In this document: in pieces, positions 8,885 to 19,089 of the stretch
Numbering within the stretch: the first letter of the stretch is position 1
How the letters are laid out: every line of letters begins with the position of its first letter
NCBI GenBank assembly: GCA_030647355.1
Contig: JAUSIS010000005.1
Coordinates: 1-60,893 of the forward strand
Source: a bacterium
GTDB lineage: Bacteria > Patescibacteriota > UBA1384 > VFKW01
DNA length: 60,893 bases
Reading direction: 5' to 3'
Notes under the pieces: model-generated
The model's input: the letters and a program-made list of their open reading frames with translations, nothing else
What the model was told of the DNA's origin: nothing
Databases searched by the model: none
Made by a program: the position numbers and the translations under genes

Positions 8885-9478
8885 ATGAATATGTCTAAAG
8901 TGAAAATACTTGCGGAAGGATATGCGCTGCGAAAGCAATCTAAAGCATCATCGACCGTCACCCTAATTTGCGATAAAAACTTAAAAATTCTGGTTGATCC
9001 GGGGATTGACAGAGTTGTCTTAGAGGAATCTCTTAGAGAAAATAATATTTCAAAACAGGCAATTAATTTTATAATAGTCACTCACAATCATATTGATCAT
9101 TGTGCCCTGATGGGAATATTTCCTAATGCGAAAATAGTTGATAATGACGAAATTAGCACACTTGATGGACAGTTCAAAAAACACGACGGTAGTGTGCCAA
9201 AGACAACTGTAAAAATTATCCCAACACCCGGCCATTCCAATCCCCATTGTTCCGTACTGGTCGAAGACGACGAGCTGGGTCGTGCTGTAATTGCCGGTGA
9301 TCTTTTTTGGTGGTGGGACGACGAAGCTCAAAAGACCGATATTAAATCTTTGTTAGCACATAGAGACATTTATGTAAAAGACAATAAACAGTTGCTTGAA
9401 AGCCGGAAAAGAATTTTAGACATTGCTGATTATATTATTCCAGGTCATGGAAAAATGTTTAAAGTCATAAGGAATTAG
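8885..9478 (+). CDS. MBL-fold metallo-hydrolase
   Basis: THNHIDH (HxHxDH) motif, plus a downstream PGHS and a C-terminal PGHG. Confidence 0.7.
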   Translation: MNMSKVKILAEGYALRKQSKASSTVTLICDKNLKILVDPGIDRVVLEESLRENNISKQAINFIIVTHNHIDHCALMGIFPNAKIVDNDEISTLDGQFKKHDGSVPKTTVKIIPTPGHSNPHCSVLVEDDELGRAVIAGDLFWWWDDEAQKTDIKSLLAHRDIYVKDNKQLLESRKRILDIADYIIPGHGKMFKVIRN

Positions 9479-9512
9479 AGCAGCTATTGCATTAAATGAC
9501 TAGGGGGAAGTA

Positions 9513-9983
9513 ATGCAAAAGAAAAAAGACTGGGTGGCTAAGCTAAACGACAATAAAGATTTGCCAAAAATCAAAAACTTAGAGCCGGAAGCAGCCATTC
9601 GCTGGGACGGTGAGAGCATGATTATTCCTTCCCCGATGGACGTGAATAATATAATGAAATTAGTCCCAGAAGGTAAACTAATCACTATAAATGAAATAAG
9701 GCATTCCCTCGCCAAAAAATTCAAGACAGAAATCTGCTGCCCCTTAACCAGCGGGATTTTTGCCTGGATTTCTGCCTATGCTGCCGAGCAAGAAAAAGGA
9801 GAAGGCAAAGCCGACTACACCCCTTGGCGGCGAACGCTAAAATCAGGAGGTCAGCTGAATGAAAAATATCCAGGAGGTATCGACCACCAAAAAATCCTTC
9901 TCGAATCGGAAGGTCATAGCATAACCCCAGAAGGAAAAAAGTATTTTGTAAAGGACTATGAGCAAAAACTCTTTACGTCTTAA
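9513..9983 (+). CDS. MGMT/ATL-family DNA-binding protein lacking the catalytic PCHR cysteine
   Basis: It has PWRRTLKSGGQL where PCHRVV is expected in alkyltransferases. Confidence 0.5.
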   Translation: MQKKKDWVAKLNDNKDLPKIKNLEPEAAIRWDGESMIIPSPMDVNNIMKLVPEGKLITINEIRHSLAKKFKTEICCPLTSGIFAWISAYAAEQEKGEGKADYTPWRRTLKSGGQLNEKYPGGIDHQKILLESEGHSITPEGKKYFVKDYEQKLFTS

Positions 9984-11307
9984 TTTTTTTTCTTAAAATT
10001 TTTCTTAATTCTTCTCTTACTACTCGGCGATCATCCCAATCGGATCTTTTTCCATTTATAACAATTGATTGTTCGGCCCCTTTGCCGGTAATAAGAACAA
10101 TATCATCTCTCTTGGCAAGCGATAATGCTTTATTAATTCCCTTTCGCCTGTCTTCGATTATAAATAAGTCCTTTCCTCTTACCTTGCCTTCTCTTTCACA
10201 TGCTACGGCAATATCCTCAACAATTTCCGTCGGATCATCCTCGTAGGGATCAACATTGGAAACAATAACATAATCTGCCAACTTCCCGGCCAATTTCCCC
10301 ATCAGCGGCCTTTTTACTTTATCTCGGCCGCCACCTTCTGCGCCCAGTAAAACTATTATCCTTCCCTTGCTGTCTTTGGACATATTTTTAGCCGTATTCA
10401 AAACTGCCGACATACTCTCTTTCTCATGGGCATAATCAACTATCAAAGTATAATTCTGCCCCTCGACTATCTTCTCCATCCGTCCCGGTATCAAAGATAA
10501 TTCATAAAGTCCCTTTTGAATTCTATTCTTTAACACTCCTAGCTCATTAGCGATGATTATCGCCGGCAATGCATTATAAATATTAAAATCACCTAAAATA
10601 TTTAGTTTATAGGGAACATCTTTAACGGAAAACATAACGCCCGAAGAAGTATCCTTAATATCTTTTGCATTGAAATCGGCTTTTTTCTTTATCCCATAAG
10701 TTATTTTGGCATCGGCATCAAACTGCTGAAAATAATCTTTTTCCGGGCAATCGTTGTTTAATATTATGGTCTTACTCAGTTTACGGCCATTGATAGTTTT
10801 AACGAACCCCTTTTTTAATCCAGCAAATAATTTCCCTTTTGCTTCCCTATATTTATCAAAACTGCCATGAGCCGCCAAGTGTTCTGGAGTCAAATTTGTT
10901 AACACGGCAAAATCGAATATTATTCCCATATGTCTGAATTGCTTAATTCCTTCCGAGGTAACTTCCATAACACAATACTTACATCCTTCGTCTGCCATCT
11001 GGGAGATAATTTTTTGTAAACTTGATGGACCGGGCATCGTCATATGGAATTGATTAAGCATCTCGCTTTGCCCTATACGAATATTAGCTGTCCCAATGAG
11101 ACCAACTTTATAACTGTTTGCCGTTAAGCAAGACCAAATGAAATTAGCGGTTGAAGTTTTTCCTTTGGTGCCGGTTATGCCAATCATCACCATTTTTTTC
11201 GAGGGAAATTTATAACGTACAGCTGCAAAATAAGCGATAAAAAAATGATAAATACTCATCACAGGTTCCGGAACCATCTTGCGAATTGTGGATTTCACTG
11301 AAGCCAC
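9973..11307 (-). CDS. Mur ligase family protein (MurE-like)
   Basis: GITGTKGKTST P-loop, with Mur ligase middle and C-terminal domains. The canonical MurE N-domain is absent. Confidence 0.75.
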   Translation of the reverse strand: MASVKSTIRKMVPEPVMSIYHFFIAYFAAVRYKFPSKKMVMIGITGTKGKTSTANFIWSCLTANSYKVGLIGTANIRIGQSEMLNQFHMTMPGPSSLQKIISQMADEGCKYCVMEVTSEGIKQFRHMGIIFDFAVLTNLTPEHLAAHGSFDKYREAKGKLFAGLKKGFVKTINGRKLSKTIILNNDCPEKDYFQQFDADAKITYGIKKKADFNAKDIKDTSSGVMFSVKDVPYKLNILGDFNIYNALPAIIIANELGVLKNRIQKGLYELSLIPGRMEKIVEGQNYTLIVDYAHEKESMSAVLNTAKNMSKDSKGRIIVLLGAEGGGRDKVKRPLMGKLAGKLADYVIVSNVDPYEDDPTEIVEDIAVACEREGKVRGKDLFIIEDRRKGINKALSLAKRDDIVLITGKGAEQSIVINGKRSDWDDRRVVREELRKILRKKIKT

Positions 11308-11327
11308 TTAGCTCTCCTTATATACAA

Positions 11328-13109
11328 CTACATCTCGTCTATTGCTTCGATTCCGAGTATTTTCAGACCCTTCCCGAGAGACTGTCGGGTTGCTTCGACT
11401 AACGCCAGTCTTGCCAATTTAAGATTCTCATCCGACGCATTTAATACCTGATGTTTCTGGTAAAATTTATTAAATCCAACAGCCAGCTCATATACTCCCA
11501 AAGCCACTTTAGTTGGATTGTAATCATAGCTGGCGCTGGTAATTTGCTTTGATAAATTTATAATTTTTTGAATTAAAATTCTTTCCTCGTTATTTCCTAG
11601 AGAATCATATTTCACTTTCTCGTTTTTGAAATTCGCTTTTTCAATTATTTTTGTTGCCCTGGCATATGCATACTGACAATAAGGTCCTGTGAATCCTTCT
11701 AGAGATATAGACTCTTTGGGATCAAAATATATATCATTCTTCGGGTTCGTTCGAAGTAAATAGAATTTAATAGCTCCCAGAGCAATCTTACTACTGCGGC
11801 TCCCTACCTCATCTTTACCGATCTTGCCATCCGGGAATCTTTTAGTAATTTCATCTTTTACTAAATCGGTAACTTCATCTAGTAAATTGTCCGCATCAAC
11901 AACTGTGCCTTCGCGGGATTTCATTTTACCTTCCGGTAAATAAACCATCCCATAAGAAAGATGGTAGCAGTTTTTTGCAAAATCATACCCCAGCAATTGC
12001 AATATCGCAAAAAGAGCTTGAAAATGATACTCCTGTTCACTACCAACCACGCAAATAGATTTATCCAACTTATACTCGCCAAATTTCTCCACTGCTGTGC
12101 CCAAGTCTTGAGTCATATATAGACTTGTTCCGTCTTTCCTAACTAAAGTGACCTTCTTTACCTTTTTGTTCTTATCCGTCCCGAACCACAAAATGCGCTT
12201 TTTATTTCCTTCGCTATCAATAACTTCCTTAAATTCCGGCAAGTCTGCTACGATCGCTCCGTCAGTATCTTGGTAGAACACCTTCTTTTTGAGCCCTTCC
12301 TCAACAATGTTTTTTCCGAGCTTATAGGTATCGCTCTCATAATAAATTTTATCGAATTCAAAACCGAATTTTTTATAGGTGGTATCAAATCCCTCATAAA
12401 CCCATCCATTCATTTTTTGCCAGGTTGAAACTATTGTTTTATCTCCCTGTTCCCACTTTTGCAGTATCTCTTGAGCTTCATTTTCAAGTTTGGGATTCCT
12501 TTTTACTTCTTCGTTAAATTTTATATACCACTTACCGACAAAATGATCGCCTTTGATACCGGTTGATTCAGGAGTTTCGCCATTTCCCCATTTTAGCCAA
12601 GCTAATATAGATTTAGAAATATGAATTCCCCGATCGTTAATTAGGTTTACTTTAACAGCTTTGTATCCATTACTCTCTAGTATCTTACTCAATGCCATTC
12701 CCAGGCACCCGTTTCTCAAATGACCTAGATGTAAAGGCTTGTTTGTATTGGGAGACAAGTATTCAACCATTATTTTCTTATCAACGCCTATATTAGAGAA
12801 AAGCTTATCACCTCTAAACACTTCTTCAATAGCTGATGAAAAAAGCTGACAACTGCTTAATTTAATATTGACGTATGCCCCCGCTTGATCCGCCCCTTCG
12901 ATTAGCTCGCTGCTTTTTAGCTTTTCTGATAGAATCTTTGCAATTAATTCGGGACTTTTCTTCACTTCGCGAGCTATTGTATAACAATTAATTGTAAAAT
13001 CGCCCAACTCAATATCGGGCGGAAACTCCAGCTCAATCTTAATTTGCATACCCAACGCTTGATTTAATGCGCGAGATATTTCCTCTGTAATTTTTTCACT
13101 TATACTCAT
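11328..13109 (-). CDS. argS: arginine--tRNA ligase
   Basis: 593 aa. Class I HIGH-like motif (PNTNKPLHLGHLRNG) and an ArgRS anticodon-binding C-terminus ending ...EAIDEM. Confidence 0.95.
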   Translation of the reverse strand: MSISEKITEEISRALNQALGMQIKIELEFPPDIELGDFTINCYTIAREVKKSPELIAKILSEKLKSSELIEGADQAGAYVNIKLSSCQLFSSAIEEVFRGDKLFSNIGVDKKIMVEYLSPNTNKPLHLGHLRNGCLGMALSKILESNGYKAVKVNLINDRGIHISKSILAWLKWGNGETPESTGIKGDHFVGKWYIKFNEEVKRNPKLENEAQEILQKWEQGDKTIVSTWQKMNGWVYEGFDTTYKKFGFEFDKIYYESDTYKLGKNIVEEGLKKKVFYQDTDGAIVADLPEFKEVIDSEGNKKRILWFGTDKNKKVKKVTLVRKDGTSLYMTQDLGTAVEKFGEYKLDKSICVVGSEQEYHFQALFAILQLLGYDFAKNCYHLSYGMVYLPEGKMKSREGTVVDADNLLDEVTDLVKDEITKRFPDGKIGKDEVGSRSSKIALGAIKFYLLRTNPKNDIYFDPKESISLEGFTGPYCQYAYARATKIIEKANFKNEKVKYDSLGNNEERILIQKIINLSKQITSASYDYNPTKVALGVYELAVGFNKFYQKHQVLNASDENLKLARLALVEATRQSLGKGLKILGIEAIDEM

Positions 13110-13285
13110 ATAAAATTATTCTATACTTTAGTAGTCGAAAAAACAATAAGGTTCAAATAGAAATTGTGCAAAATAGCTCAAATATTTTTTTATACATTTA
13201 AACATTCATATTGCGCAATCAATTCTCGTGGGTACAAAATTTGTGTTAAAATTGGATTGGTACTTAATCATCAAAGGAGACAGCA

Positions 13286-14392
13286 GTGAAGAAAATCCTC
13301 ATTGTATCTTTGAGATCGGGACAAGGTCATCTTATGGCCGCTAAGGCAATTGAGCAAGAGTTTAACCTTACACATCCCCAAATTGAAGTTAAAAACATTG
13401 ACTTTCTTGATTATGCCACAATATTATCCAAAGAATTTTACGGAAAATGGTATTTGGATGTAGTCAATGCGGTCCCCAAATTCTACGGCTGGCTTTATGA
13501 GAACATAGACCCCAGCTCTAGTGACATTCGGCTATTCTTCGACCGGATAAATGCCCAGGATTTTCAGACATTCCTTTTCGACTACGATCCCGATTTAGTT
13601 ATTGCTACCCATTTTGTACCTGGTAATATTGCCACTTTTTGGAAAACTAAATATCAGAAGCGATATAAAACAGCCATGATCGTCACTGACTATGAAGCCC
13701 ACAATCTATGGTCGGATAAACTGATAGATAGATACTTCGTGCCGACTAAAGAAGTTAGCAACGAGCTCTCCGGCATGGCGATAGAAGAAAATAAAATCTT
13801 CCCAACCGGAATTCCAATAGATCGGAAATTTTCTAAAAAATATAAAATAAGAAAAATAAGAAGAAAACTTGGCGTAGACAATAATTTTACGGTGTTAGTA
13901 ACATCGGGCGGATGTGGTGTTGGAGATATTAAAAAAATTATTGATTTAATACAAGACATACCCGGTAAGATAAATATATTAGCCATGACCGGCCATAATA
14001 AGGAGCTCTTTACGAGAATCTCAAATATTCCCTCTAAGGTAGGGAAGAACAAGATGGTTTTTCCTTTTGTAGATAACGCTGAAGAATTGATGTCTGTAGC
14101 GGATATAATTATAGGAAAACCGGGAGGCCTGACAGTATCCGAGGCGCTGGCGTTAGGTCGCCCAATAATTATAATTAACCCTATCCCCGGACAAGAAGAC
14201 GCTAATGCCAACTTCTTAACAAGAAATCTGGCCGGACTACAAGCGGATGATATTAAGGAACTCGGCAAAATTATCCTTACCCTGATAGACAAACCGCGAC
14301 TTATTAAACAACTGAAAGAGAATGCCAAAAAAATTTCTAAGTCAAAAGCCGCCTCACTGATAGTCGAAAAGGCAATAGAACTAATTCAGTGA
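13286..14392 (+). CDS. MGDG-synthase/GT28-family glycosyltransferase (UgtP-like)
   Basis: The N-terminal ILIVSLRSGQGHLMAAKAI and the C-terminal GKPGGLTVSEALA are typical of this family. The start codon is GTG. Confidence 0.75.
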   Translation: MKKILIVSLRSGQGHLMAAKAIEQEFNLTHPQIEVKNIDFLDYATILSKEFYGKWYLDVVNAVPKFYGWLYENIDPSSSDIRLFFDRINAQDFQTFLFDYDPDLVIATHFVPGNIATFWKTKYQKRYKTAMIVTDYEAHNLWSDKLIDRYFVPTKEVSNELSGMAIEENKIFPTGIPIDRKFSKKYKIRKIRRKLGVDNNFTVLVTSGGCGVGDIKKIIDLIQDIPGKINILAMTGHNKELFTRISNIPSKVGKNKMVFPFVDNAEELMSVADIIIGKPGGLTVSEALALGRPIIIINPIPGQEDANANFLTRNLAGLQADDIKELGKIILTLIDKPRLIKQLKENAKKISKSKAASLIVEKAIELIQ

Positions 14393-16003
14393 TTTAACCA
14401 TATATGTTTGGTTAAGTTTATATCCTAATTTCCTAAAATAATCTCTCGTACCTACACCCGCGATCACCACTATCTTGTTAAGGTCGGGAAACTCTTGATT
14501 GATAATCTCTTCCGCTTTAACCATTAACTGCTTACCGAATCCTCTGTGTTGAACGCATCCGGCTTTCCTTTCGGCAATCCCTAACTGCGGTCCATAAGTA
14601 TGAATCTCTCTAACTAATGCGGCTTTATTTAAAACCGAAAAACATACTTCGTTCAAACTAGAGGGAATTCGTAGCCGTAATATTGAATAAACCAACCGAC
14701 AATCTTTAGATTCAATGCTCAAAAATATTTCTCGGCCGTCAGAAGAATCGTAATCCTCGCGGAACACTTTATACTCCACTTTCTCGTCGAACCTGCTCGC
14801 CACCTCCCGGCAACGTATACATCGGCAATATTTACCTTCTCTAGCCATCTTCTCTTGTATCATTTGTCTTAAATTAGAAACCTTTGCTCCTCCCTCAATA
14901 ATATCGTCCGAAGGAATATCCCTGATTATGCGTTCTATTCTCAAATAATAAGGAGCAATACACTTAAATTCCTGAATAATGCTAATCAGTTCTTCGCTCG
15001 TATATGGCTTGAGTTTTCCCTGCTTGTACATTTTATAAATTTCTGCCTCTCGAACAATCGCTAGAGGATAAATCTTCAAGTAATCCGGTCTAAACTCTGA
15101 TTTTGAGAACAGTTCCTTGAGCATTTGTCTGTCCCGCTCAATATTAGCTCCCGCCAGGTTTAACATTACCTGATAAGCTACTTTAAATCCGGCATCCTTT
15201 AAAAGTTTTGTTGCCTTAACTGTTGTTGCAACATCATGCCCGCGCTGATTGATTTTTAAAATATCGTCATAGATAGACTGTACGCCAAGTTCGACTTTAG
15301 TCACTCCTAATCTTCTCAATCTTTTTATCTCCAGAATATTAATATAATCTTGCCTAGTTTCAATCGAGATTTCGACAATCCGGTGTTTAGCCGTCTCATT
15401 ATCCTTTTGTGCCCTAGAAAGCCGTATGGGAAAAGTTTTTCTAGACGATGAAAACTCATTACATGCCTGGAAACATCGTTTTATAAACCAACCCTGGTAT
15501 TGTTTAGGATAATAGGACCAAGTTCCCCCAATTACTCGAATATTAATCTTTTCAAGATTATGCCCGGTTGCCGAAAGCGCGCTAAGCCTGTTTTGCGTCT
15601 GTCTATATGGATCGAAATTATTTAAAACCGCCCGCATTACCGCCGGCTCTTTATTCATATAACTCTTGGGCAATCCTTCCTGTGTCGGACAATAAAGACA
15701 CTTGCCAGGACACTTATATGGTTTAGTTAAAACAGACACCACTATAATGCCGGAAAGAGAACGGACTCTTTTCAAGCGGATATATTCTTCTACCGATTTA
15801 TCTTTAGGAACTTTTCCATTTTTCAAGAGAATATGATAAGATTTAGTCAGTTCGTCGTTGGATAGCATCCCAATACCAAACTTTTCAGCAACCTGTTTAT
15901 GAAGTTTAAAAAAGATATCAGGAGATTTATCATCGCTGATACAAATAAGACGAATTAATTGTTCGGCTGCCTCCAAACGATTCTGATTAATTATTTTTCT
16001 CAT
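14381..16003 (-). CDS. elp3: Elp3-type radical SAM/GNAT tRNA wobble-uridine modification enzyme
   Basis: 540 aa. Radical SAM cluster region CPGKCLYCP, plus a C-terminal GNAT domain (HRGFGKQLM). Confidence 0.85.
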   Translation of the reverse strand: MRKIINQNRLEAAEQLIRLICISDDKSPDIFFKLHKQVAEKFGIGMLSNDELTKSYHILLKNGKVPKDKSVEEYIRLKRVRSLSGIIVVSVLTKPYKCPGKCLYCPTQEGLPKSYMNKEPAVMRAVLNNFDPYRQTQNRLSALSATGHNLEKINIRVIGGTWSYYPKQYQGWFIKRCFQACNEFSSSRKTFPIRLSRAQKDNETAKHRIVEISIETRQDYINILEIKRLRRLGVTKVELGVQSIYDDILKINQRGHDVATTVKATKLLKDAGFKVAYQVMLNLAGANIERDRQMLKELFSKSEFRPDYLKIYPLAIVREAEIYKMYKQGKLKPYTSEELISIIQEFKCIAPYYLRIERIIRDIPSDDIIEGGAKVSNLRQMIQEKMAREGKYCRCIRCREVASRFDEKVEYKVFREDYDSSDGREIFLSIESKDCRLVYSILRLRIPSSLNEVCFSVLNKAALVREIHTYGPQLGIAERKAGCVQHRGFGKQLMVKAEEIINQEFPDLNKIVVIAGVGTRDYFRKLGYKLNQTYMVKSLN

Positions 16004-16714
16004 ATGAAAAAAGATTATGCCAATTACTTATTAAATAAGACTCTTGAAGATTATAACCTAATTGCCTATGATTTTTCAAGCAAAAGGGCGTATATTAGCC
16101 AGGACATTCTTGATTTACAAAAATTTTCATCCAAAGGTAACAGAATATTAGATTTAGGATGCGGTAATGGCCGACTCTCCGAAATATTCGAAAACTCGGG
16201 TATAGAATACATTGGAGTTGATATTTCAGAGAAATTAATTAAGATAGCGCGTAGTAAATATCCAAATAAATCGTTCCAAGTTGTTGAGTTCTTTAAACTA
16301 CTTTTTCCTGATAACTATTTTGATAAAGTTTATTGCTTATCCGTCCTTCATCATATCCCGTCGCTTGAATATCGAAAAAAATTTCTCCTCGAAGCCAAAA
16401 GGGTACTAAAACCTCATGGCTTGATAATCCTAACTGTCTGGAATCTTCTAATAAAACCATCAATCATCTCTTCGATCGTTAGCAACTCTCTGGCTAAATT
16501 ATTTCATAAATCACAGCTCGATTACAAAGATATTTTCTTGCCCTTCAAACGGTCCAGCGATATAAATTTAACCGATCGCTATATCCATTGCTTCTCTCGC
16601 CGAGAATTAACTAAGCTCCTTCGAAAATGCAATTTTAATGTTCTTGAATCTGGCTATCAAAAAAGAGGGCAAAAAGTTAAAAATGAAAACATCTATACAA
16701 TAGCCAAAAAATAG
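16004..16714 (+). CDS. class I SAM-dependent methyltransferase, Trm9-like
   Basis: ILDLGCGNGR motif I. CLSVLHHIPSLEYRKKFLLEAKRVLKPHGLIILTVWN resembles the Trm9/ALKBH8 methyltransferase core. Its ATG abuts the elp3 start codon (CAT|ATG). Confidence 0.6.
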   Translation: MKKDYANYLLNKTLEDYNLIAYDFSSKRAYISQDILDLQKFSSKGNRILDLGCGNGRLSEIFENSGIEYIGVDISEKLIKIARSKYPNKSFQVVEFFKLLFPDNYFDKVYCLSVLHHIPSLEYRKKFLLEAKRVLKPHGLIILTVWNLLIKPSIISSIVSNSLAKLFHKSQLDYKDIFLPFKRSSDINLTDRYIHCFSRRELTKLLRKCNFNVLESGYQKRGQKVKNENIYTIAKK

Positions 16715-16738
16715 TTATAATAGAAAAGAGGGGAATTT

Positions 16739-17191
16739 ATGGATAGCTTGATCAAAAACCTATCAGAAGACCAACTTAAAAAATTGGCCAAAAAAGATAA
16801 AAAATTACTTATTGAATTGCAAAAAGAAATTCACCAAGAAAAAGCCGAGTATTACGAAAGATTAAAAAACTTTTACTGGACTATAGCGGTTATATTAGTT
16901 CTTACTCTTTTTCTTCTTGCTCTAAAAATACAAAGCCACTATTTCAATATAATATCTTTAGGATTATTGATTTCTTTTTTGATTGCTCTGGTCGGCGGAA
17001 AGTTATTTTATATCGATAAACCAACTATCAACCAGAAAGCCATTACCCGATCAAAAGTATTGGATGCAATGGAAATAGAGTCAATCTCACTCGGAGATAG
17101 TAGAAAACGGATAATCGGCTTGATTTTACTAACTATTGGGGGTTTGATATTTTTAGTTTCTTTTATTACAATGATTGTAATAAAAGAATGA
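16739..17191 (+). CDS. membrane protein, unknown function
   Basis: 150 aa, with a coiled-coil N-terminus and 3 TM helices. An RBS (GAGGGG) lies upstream. Confidence 0.6.
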   Translation: MDSLIKNLSEDQLKKLAKKDKKLLIELQKEIHQEKAEYYERLKNFYWTIAVILVLTLFLLALKIQSHYFNIISLGLLISFLIALVGGKLFYIDKPTINQKAITRSKVLDAMEIESISLGDSRKRIIGLILLTIGGLIFLVSFITMIVIKE

Positions 17192-17201
17192 AAGGAAAAA
17201 A

Positions 17202-17849
17202 ATGAAAAAAATGAAATTATACCTTCTCTGCTTAGCTGTAGTGGTAATTATTATTCCTATGAGTACTGCATTAGCGATCACCTTGAGCACCGAATTAAGC
17301 ACCGAAGACGCATCTGTTACCCCCCAAAGTTCTAATACTGATTCACCGCCTGCAGCTGATATTACTGCCCAACAAGCACTCATTCGTGAAAAAAAAGCAG
17401 CCTTAACTGCTGAGCGCTGCGCTATTGTAGAGGAAAAAGTACAACTGCAAATTACTCGTTTTGAAAGTAATCTGGGCAGGCGCCATGCTTTCTTTCAAAG
17501 ATTCGCTAATCGTCTAGAAAAGTTAATTACCAAGCTCAAAGCTAGCGGCTATGATACAACTAAACTCGAAGCCGACCTGGTGATTCTAAGAGAAAAAATA
17601 ACCAAGTACTACAATGATAAAACAGCTTATATAGTTCTGCTCAAACAGTCTCGTTTATATACTTGCGGTAAATCGGAAGGCGAATTTCGCTCTAAATTAC
17701 TAGAGGCTAAAGAGGCCTTAAACACGGCTCGTCTGTCTAATCTTGACGTTAAAAATTACTACCAAACTGTTATTAGACCGGATATTAAAGCGCTTAAAAA
17801 TCAAATTAAAACATCAAAGACACAGGCCGACCAGTCAGCCGGTGATTAG
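17202..17849 (+). CDS. secreted coiled-coil protein, unknown function
   Basis: Signal peptide followed by a helical repeat-like sequence. Confidence 0.6.
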   Translation: MKKMKLYLLCLAVVVIIIPMSTALAITLSTELSTEDASVTPQSSNTDSPPAADITAQQALIREKKAALTAERCAIVEEKVQLQITRFESNLGRRHAFFQRFANRLEKLITKLKASGYDTTKLEADLVILREKITKYYNDKTAYIVLLKQSRLYTCGKSEGEFRSKLLEAKEALNTARLSNLDVKNYYQTVIRPDIKALKNQIKTSKTQADQSAGD

Positions 17850-17884
17850 TTTCTCAGATATCTAATATTATTCAAAGGAGCAAT

Positions 17885-18250
17885 ATGGAACCCAGAAATG
17901 AAACAGAAGCGAAACAAGAAGATCTAGACAAGATTCCTCAGTCAACTACAAATGTAACACCAAAGCACAACAACCTGCTGATTCTCTTACTGGTTCTTCT
18001 CTTTATAATTTTAGCAGTTGTAGGCGCTCTATTTTACAGTCAGCTACCCTCGGACAAGAAAATATTTCGAAACGATACTAGCCCCAGTTCACAAACAAGC
18101 ACAACAACCTCGGTAACCGGCGATAAACTCTCTAAACCGGTCACCTCGGATATAGGCTCTGAGGTTAAGATTCTAGATTCCGAAATGAGTAGTCAAAACA
18201 CAACCGATTTCTCACCTAATGCCTTATCTGACACCAACCTGGGGTTATAA
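17885..18250 (+). CDS. membrane-anchored Ser/Thr-rich protein, unknown function
   Basis: A single TM helix (LLILLLVLLFIILAVVGALFY) followed by an S/T-rich tail. An RBS (AAGGAG) lies upstream. Confidence 0.55.
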   Translation: MEPRNETEAKQEDLDKIPQSTTNVTPKHNNLLILLLVLLFIILAVVGALFYSQLPSDKKIFRNDTSPSSQTSTTTSVTGDKLSKPVTSDIGSEVKILDSEMSSQNTTDFSPNALSDTNLGL

Positions 18251-18289
18251 CAATACTCAAACAATAATTCAACTTCCTCCTGGAGAAAT

Positions 18290-19030
18290 ATGGCCTATTA
18301 TATAAGGACCAAGAATATATTTAATCCAAAAGATAAGGAGCAGTTCAAGGTTAGCCGATCTAAGATAGACCTTTTTTTAAACTGCCCAAAGTGTTTTTAT
18401 CTTGATAGAAAATTAGGTATACCTCGCCCGGATATGCCTGGCTTCACTTTAAATATCGCAGTTGATGCCTTACTCAAAAAAGAATTCGACATTCATCGCA
18501 GTCAAAACCAAAAGCACCCGCTAATGAAAATCTATAAAGTTAATGCGGTCCCTTTCGCCCATGCCAAATTAAATGAATGGCGTCATAATTTCACTGGTAT
18601 TCAGTACTATTACGAACCCACTAATTTTCTCATTTTTGGCGCCATTGATGATCTGTGGATAAATCCCCAGGGAGAACTTATTATTGTAGACTACAAAGCG
18701 ACCAGTACCCAATCCCCGATTGACCTCGATTCGGAATATAAGCAACCATATAAAAGACAGATGGAAATCTATCAATGGCTTTTTCGAAAAAACGGTTTCC
18801 CCGTTTCTCAAACCGGCTACTTTGTTTATTGCAATGGGTTATCGGATAAGAAAGCATTTGATGCCAAACTGGAATTTGATATTCAATTGATACCCTATAA
18901 GGGATCGTATGATTGGGTCGAACCGGCTCTTCGTCAGATGAAAGAATGCTTAATCGCCGACTTGCCGCCCGAAGCTTCTCAAAATTGCGACTATTGTTGT
19001 TATCGAAACTCTGCCAATAAATATAATTAA
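18290..19030 (+). CDS. PD-(D/E)XK nuclease family protein, Cas4-like Cys pattern
   Basis: IDDLW...IVDYKAT core. One N-terminal Cys pair (CPKCFY) and a C-terminal CDYCCY are compatible with a Cas4/AddB-type Fe-S cluster. Confidence 0.6.
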   Translation: MAYYIRTKNIFNPKDKEQFKVSRSKIDLFLNCPKCFYLDRKLGIPRPDMPGFTLNIAVDALLKKEFDIHRSQNQKHPLMKIYKVNAVPFAHAKLNEWRHNFTGIQYYYEPTNFLIFGAIDDLWINPQGELIIVDYKATSTQSPIDLDSEYKQPYKRQMEIYQWLFRKNGFPVSQTGYFVYCNGLSDKKAFDAKLEFDIQLIPYKGSYDWVEPALRQMKECLIADLPPEASQNCDYCCYRNSANKYN

Positions 19031-19089
19031 CTCTTCTAGACTTAATAATTAGATTATGATAAGGTTTCTAAAGCAACTCTTTTTTAATT

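Noticed and set aside
13690-14328. 212-aa antisense ORF inside the glycosyltransferase gene, and similar antisense ORFs (e.g. 42075-42557, 45279-45623, 45888-46292, 38668-39114, 25992-26309, 49373-50083)
   Set aside because: They are low-complexity shadow frames opposite well-supported genes.
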